Below are positions 34,910-38,356 of a stretch of 38,356 bases of DNA, in pieces. Each line of letters begins with the position of its first letter. Within the stretch, counting starts at the first letter, position 1. The stretch is from Octopus bimaculoides (taxonomy: Eukaryota), in assembly GCF_001194135.2 (NCBI RefSeq), contig NC_068981.1, positions 183,350,151-183,388,506 on the forward strand. The letters are read 5' to 3'. A model generated the notes under the pieces. The model did no database searches and had not been told where the DNA came from. It saw only the letters and a list, made by a program, of their open reading frames with translations. The position numbers and the translations under genes are program-made.

Positions 34910-35127
34910 CGAGGGGTTGCTGAAAAGTTCCTGGCTTTAAAGGTATTGCGAAAGGCCGGATTGGAGGCCCAACTTTCCGAGTTCTTTTACAGTCTTTAAA
35001 AAAATCTGAAGGACCGCTGTAATAAATGTGTGAATCTGAGGGGGGAGTATATGGAGTAACATCATAATTAACTGATCCTCCGTTATTTTCTTTTACCCAA
35101 AGCCAAGAACTTTTCAACACCCTCTCG
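34910..35127 (+). mobile_element. Complete mariner-derived MITE, 218 bp
   Basis: TA-CGAGGGGTTGCTGAAAAGTTCCTGGCTTT ... AAAGCCAAGAACTTTTCAACACCCTCTCG-TA. The interior encodes LKDRCNKCVNLRGEYME*, like mariner transposase C-termini (L..RW.KC....GDY.E). Confidence 0.9.
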
Positions 35128-37818
35128 TAACCCTACCAGTGCTGACTTCCCTTTTGATCCAACTAAAAACCACGTATTTATCATTTACAGAATGAACGAA
35201 TTAAGGCAAAGACTAACCCCTCTGACGTGGAAAACACCCCTAAATTGAAGATACTCTCACTCAGTGGGAATAAAACTCGGGCAAACCAAATATGATATAC
35301 ATTAAGAACAACGTTAGTTCTATCAAAAAACATGATATTCAAATTTCCACATTATCTATTCATGACTTAATTATAAATTCAAAATGACCGACAAAGCAAA
35401 CACACCCTTATTTTAGGTCAATTTTTCTACCAAACTATCAAGGATAATATGCTCTAACTTGGAATGCCAACAGATTGGGGTACAAACTAGATGCTGAATC
35501 AAAGACATTAATGACGTTGGCCTAGATTTCATTCGTTGTGGGGTCGCTCATAGCCATAAAGCGTTTTTGACCCCTGGGTAGTAGCATTCAAGTGTCTCTG
35601 AAAGATGAACAAACAAAGTGTATCTAATCACACTAAAACAGCATCTATGCAAATATCAAAGTAATACATATGCAAAATATCAGCCTATGGCATTCATTAT
35701 TCTAAGAGATATCGTGACCCAAAGATTGCTACTCATAGTCAGAAATATCATTTTAAGAAAAACGCAATAAACGCTGGAAATGGTTGGTTTTACAACAATG
35801 CCCAACTACACAAGGATAATATCCACATTTTAGTGAAATATTTGCAGTTCTGCACAGTCTAATAACGCTCAGAGGCATATCCTTTGCTATTTTTTTGGAG
35901 ATTTTGCTATCTGAAATCTGAGGTATTAGTCTTGCTTAAACATTCATGGGAAATACTTTTTTTTAACGTGAGTGCAGCTGCACTCGGCTTCCGAATGCAC
36001 AAGTTCATGTTTCTGTCCGGCGGTAAAGCAGCCGTATAGCTGTTTTGGCCGCTTCTACATCGACACCAGAGCTACTCAAGGCCAACCATAGAAAACTCCG
36101 GCATCAGCACGAGCTTTAATGAGTCAGACATTGTGAATCTGAGCCCAACGTTTCTAGTTTCCTCAATGCTTCATCTTTTGTGGCAAGAAGCTGGATTCAC
36201 AACTGATTTGGGTTTCCATCCCTTTACACAGTAAATGTCTTCTGTCATATCCAGGGGTAGATCAAGTCTTTCTGAGTAAAATTTGAGAGGAAAAAAACAA
36301 GTGTGGAAACACCCTTGTTCTTGGTTGTAGAATAAAGGTTTTATTTTACTCTACACCCAAGTTTAAAGCCTCTGCTAAATATATCTAAAGATACCTATGA
36401 TAATTTTTTGATGAACCTATTCAAATACAAGTGTTTAGGAAATGTTTCCTGTGTGAGAATATTTTTCCTTCTTTCATCGATCTCAGAAAGTCTAAATAAG
36501 GTAATGGGAGATTCTCTCTTTCTTACTTGTCTAAGCCACACACACACACACTCACACACATATGCATGTATGTATATATATATATATATATATATATANN
36601 NNNNNNNNNNNNNNNNNNNNNNNNNNNNNNNNNNNNNNNNNNNNNNNNNNNNNNNNNNNNNNNNNNNNNNNNNNNNNNNNNNNNNNNNNNNNNNNNNNNN
36701 NNNNNNNNNNNNNNNNNNNNNNNNNNNNNNNNNNNNNNNNNNNNNNNNNNNNNNNNNNNNNNNNNNNNNNNNNNNNNNNNNNNNNNNNNNNNNNNNNNNN
36801 NNNNNNNNNNNNNNNNNNNNNNNNNNNNNNNNNNNNNNNNNNNNNNNNNNNNNNNNNNNNNNNNNNNNNNNNNNNNNNNNNNNNNNNNNNNNNNNNNNNN
36901 NNNNNNNNNNNNNNNNNNNNNNNNNNNNNNNNNNNNNNNNNNNNNNNNNNNNNNNNNNNNNNNNNNNNNNNNNNNNNNNNNNNNNNNNNNNNNNNNNNNN
37001 NNNNNNNNNNNNNNNNNNNNNNNNNNNNNNNNNNNNNNNNNNNNNNNNNNNNNNNNNCCGATTATAGAAACGGAAAATGAAATTGAAGGCTGGTTATTGT
37101 GGAGGTTGTTACACTTTAATGATCTCAGAACATATAAGTTTCCAAACGATGCAAAATAGATTTACTGAAGTGTTTTGAGAGTAGATTACAACGTTTTTCA
37201 AACAAAACATACATAGAGAGATTACAGATAATGATTACAAAAATAGTTGTTTTACATGAAAGCGAAATTTCTTGTCAGAAACAGCCACATAAATGGTGAA
37301 AGGAAATTGAAGGAAGACGTTGAAACTTCCCCTCTGCGTGTTTATTTTATTCAACAGTAAAGGGAGCTATCTTTCGGAGAGATAAGCTAACAAAAGCCCC
37401 TTTATTCTGTTTTCCCACATAGCCTGCGATTAAACTAACAGCGAATGCTGCATAAAGTTAAATTGGTATGAAGCTTTCTGAAAGATACGTATAGTTTTCG
37501 CTAGTGGAAGCAAAACTCTTATTTAAAGGTTGATTCTTCGGGACGAATAATGTGATTGTTTGAAAAGGGCTAGAACAACAATGCTAAAACGTATTTGAAA
37601 CAATGGACAACAGTCGAAATATCATAATGGATGGGTAACTAAGCATCCTTAAAGTGAAACAACGGTATCAAAGGTAAACAAAGGTATCAACAAATATAAG
37701 AGAGGGAAGGGAACATCACCTATCAAGAAACCCAGAATAGGTAAAAGTAAGCTTGCCAAAGTGTAATGCAGTTTAAATATGTAGATTAAGTTTGGAATTG
37801 GATATTCATCGTGTACAG

Positions 37819-38356
37819 TGTTTCTGGTCAATTGAATCACCGTCGTAAGTGGACAGTGGAAACAGACAAAATCCTTCCACTTTTATAAGAAAATTTAAAA
37901 AGTATGGAAGACCCTACATACAAAAAAAAACTATGTCCATTTACGTCTAATTATGTGGGAGCTGTGGTCAAAATGTTATAGTGCATGACCATCATTGGGA
38001 CATAAGTAATGTGTGTGCAAAGTTTGGTGAAAATCGGTTGAGAATAGTGGAAATGTATGTGCTTAGTGTTCCTAGTCAATTTAATAACCGTCGCAGGTGG
38101 ACAGACAGAATAAATAAATAGACAAAACCGTTTCAGTTTTATAAAAAGATTTAAAAAGTATGGAAAATCTTACATACAAAAGAATTATGTCCATCTACAT
38201 CCATTTACGCGGGGGCTCTTGGTAAAATGTTATGGTGCATGGCCGTCGTTGGGACATAAGTAATGTATGCGTAAAGTTTGGTGAAAATCGGTTGAGAATT
38301 GTGGAAATGTATGAGTTAGTTATTATACACACACATACTCCGATTTATATATAGAC
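37819..38356 (+). mobile_element. Helentron/HINE (DINE-1-like) non-autonomous element end with about 248-bp internal tandem repeat
   Basis: Two diverged units (37819-38066 and 38067-about 38320), each ending AAGTTTGGTGAAAATCGGTTGAGAA..GTGGAAATGTAT, followed by ACACACATAC-TCCGATTTATATATAGA. This resembles recalled HINE/DINE-1 3' ends. Confidence 0.6.

Noticed and set aside
35970-35985. Perfect 16-bp palindrome GAGTGCAGCTGCACTC
   Set aside because: Isolated, with no associated element or repeat elsewhere in the window.

Overview
AT-rich, gap-riddled eukaryotic (animal) non-coding DNA. The SINE families and very high microsatellite density look like an Octopus/coleoid cephalopod genome (inference from recalled repeat consensus, not database-checked). 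I found no intact protein-coding gene, tRNA or rRNA gene, or CRISPR array, and nearly all supplied ORFs are microsatellite or N artefacts. The window is a stack of decayed transposons: two tRNA-derived SINE families (about 20 copies or fragments), dead LINE fragments (CR1-like x2, RTE x3, a restriction-like-endonuclease HERO/NeSL type), a Penelope-like GIY-YIG fragment, mariner-, piggyBac- and hAT-type MITEs, and a Helentron/HINE-like element at the right edge. The signal not explained by these labels is a recurring set of about ten hammerhead-ribozyme-like motifs (CUGAnGA..GAAA with palindromic stem III). A few are near-intact, most are degenerate, and several sit next to long fold-back hairpins and (TA)n tracts. 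They are most simply read as Penelope pLTR/retrozyme-type derivatives, which is a known class, with some unusual architectures. Three weak candidate exons on the minus strand may belong to a host gene. All translations, alignments and folds were done by eye.
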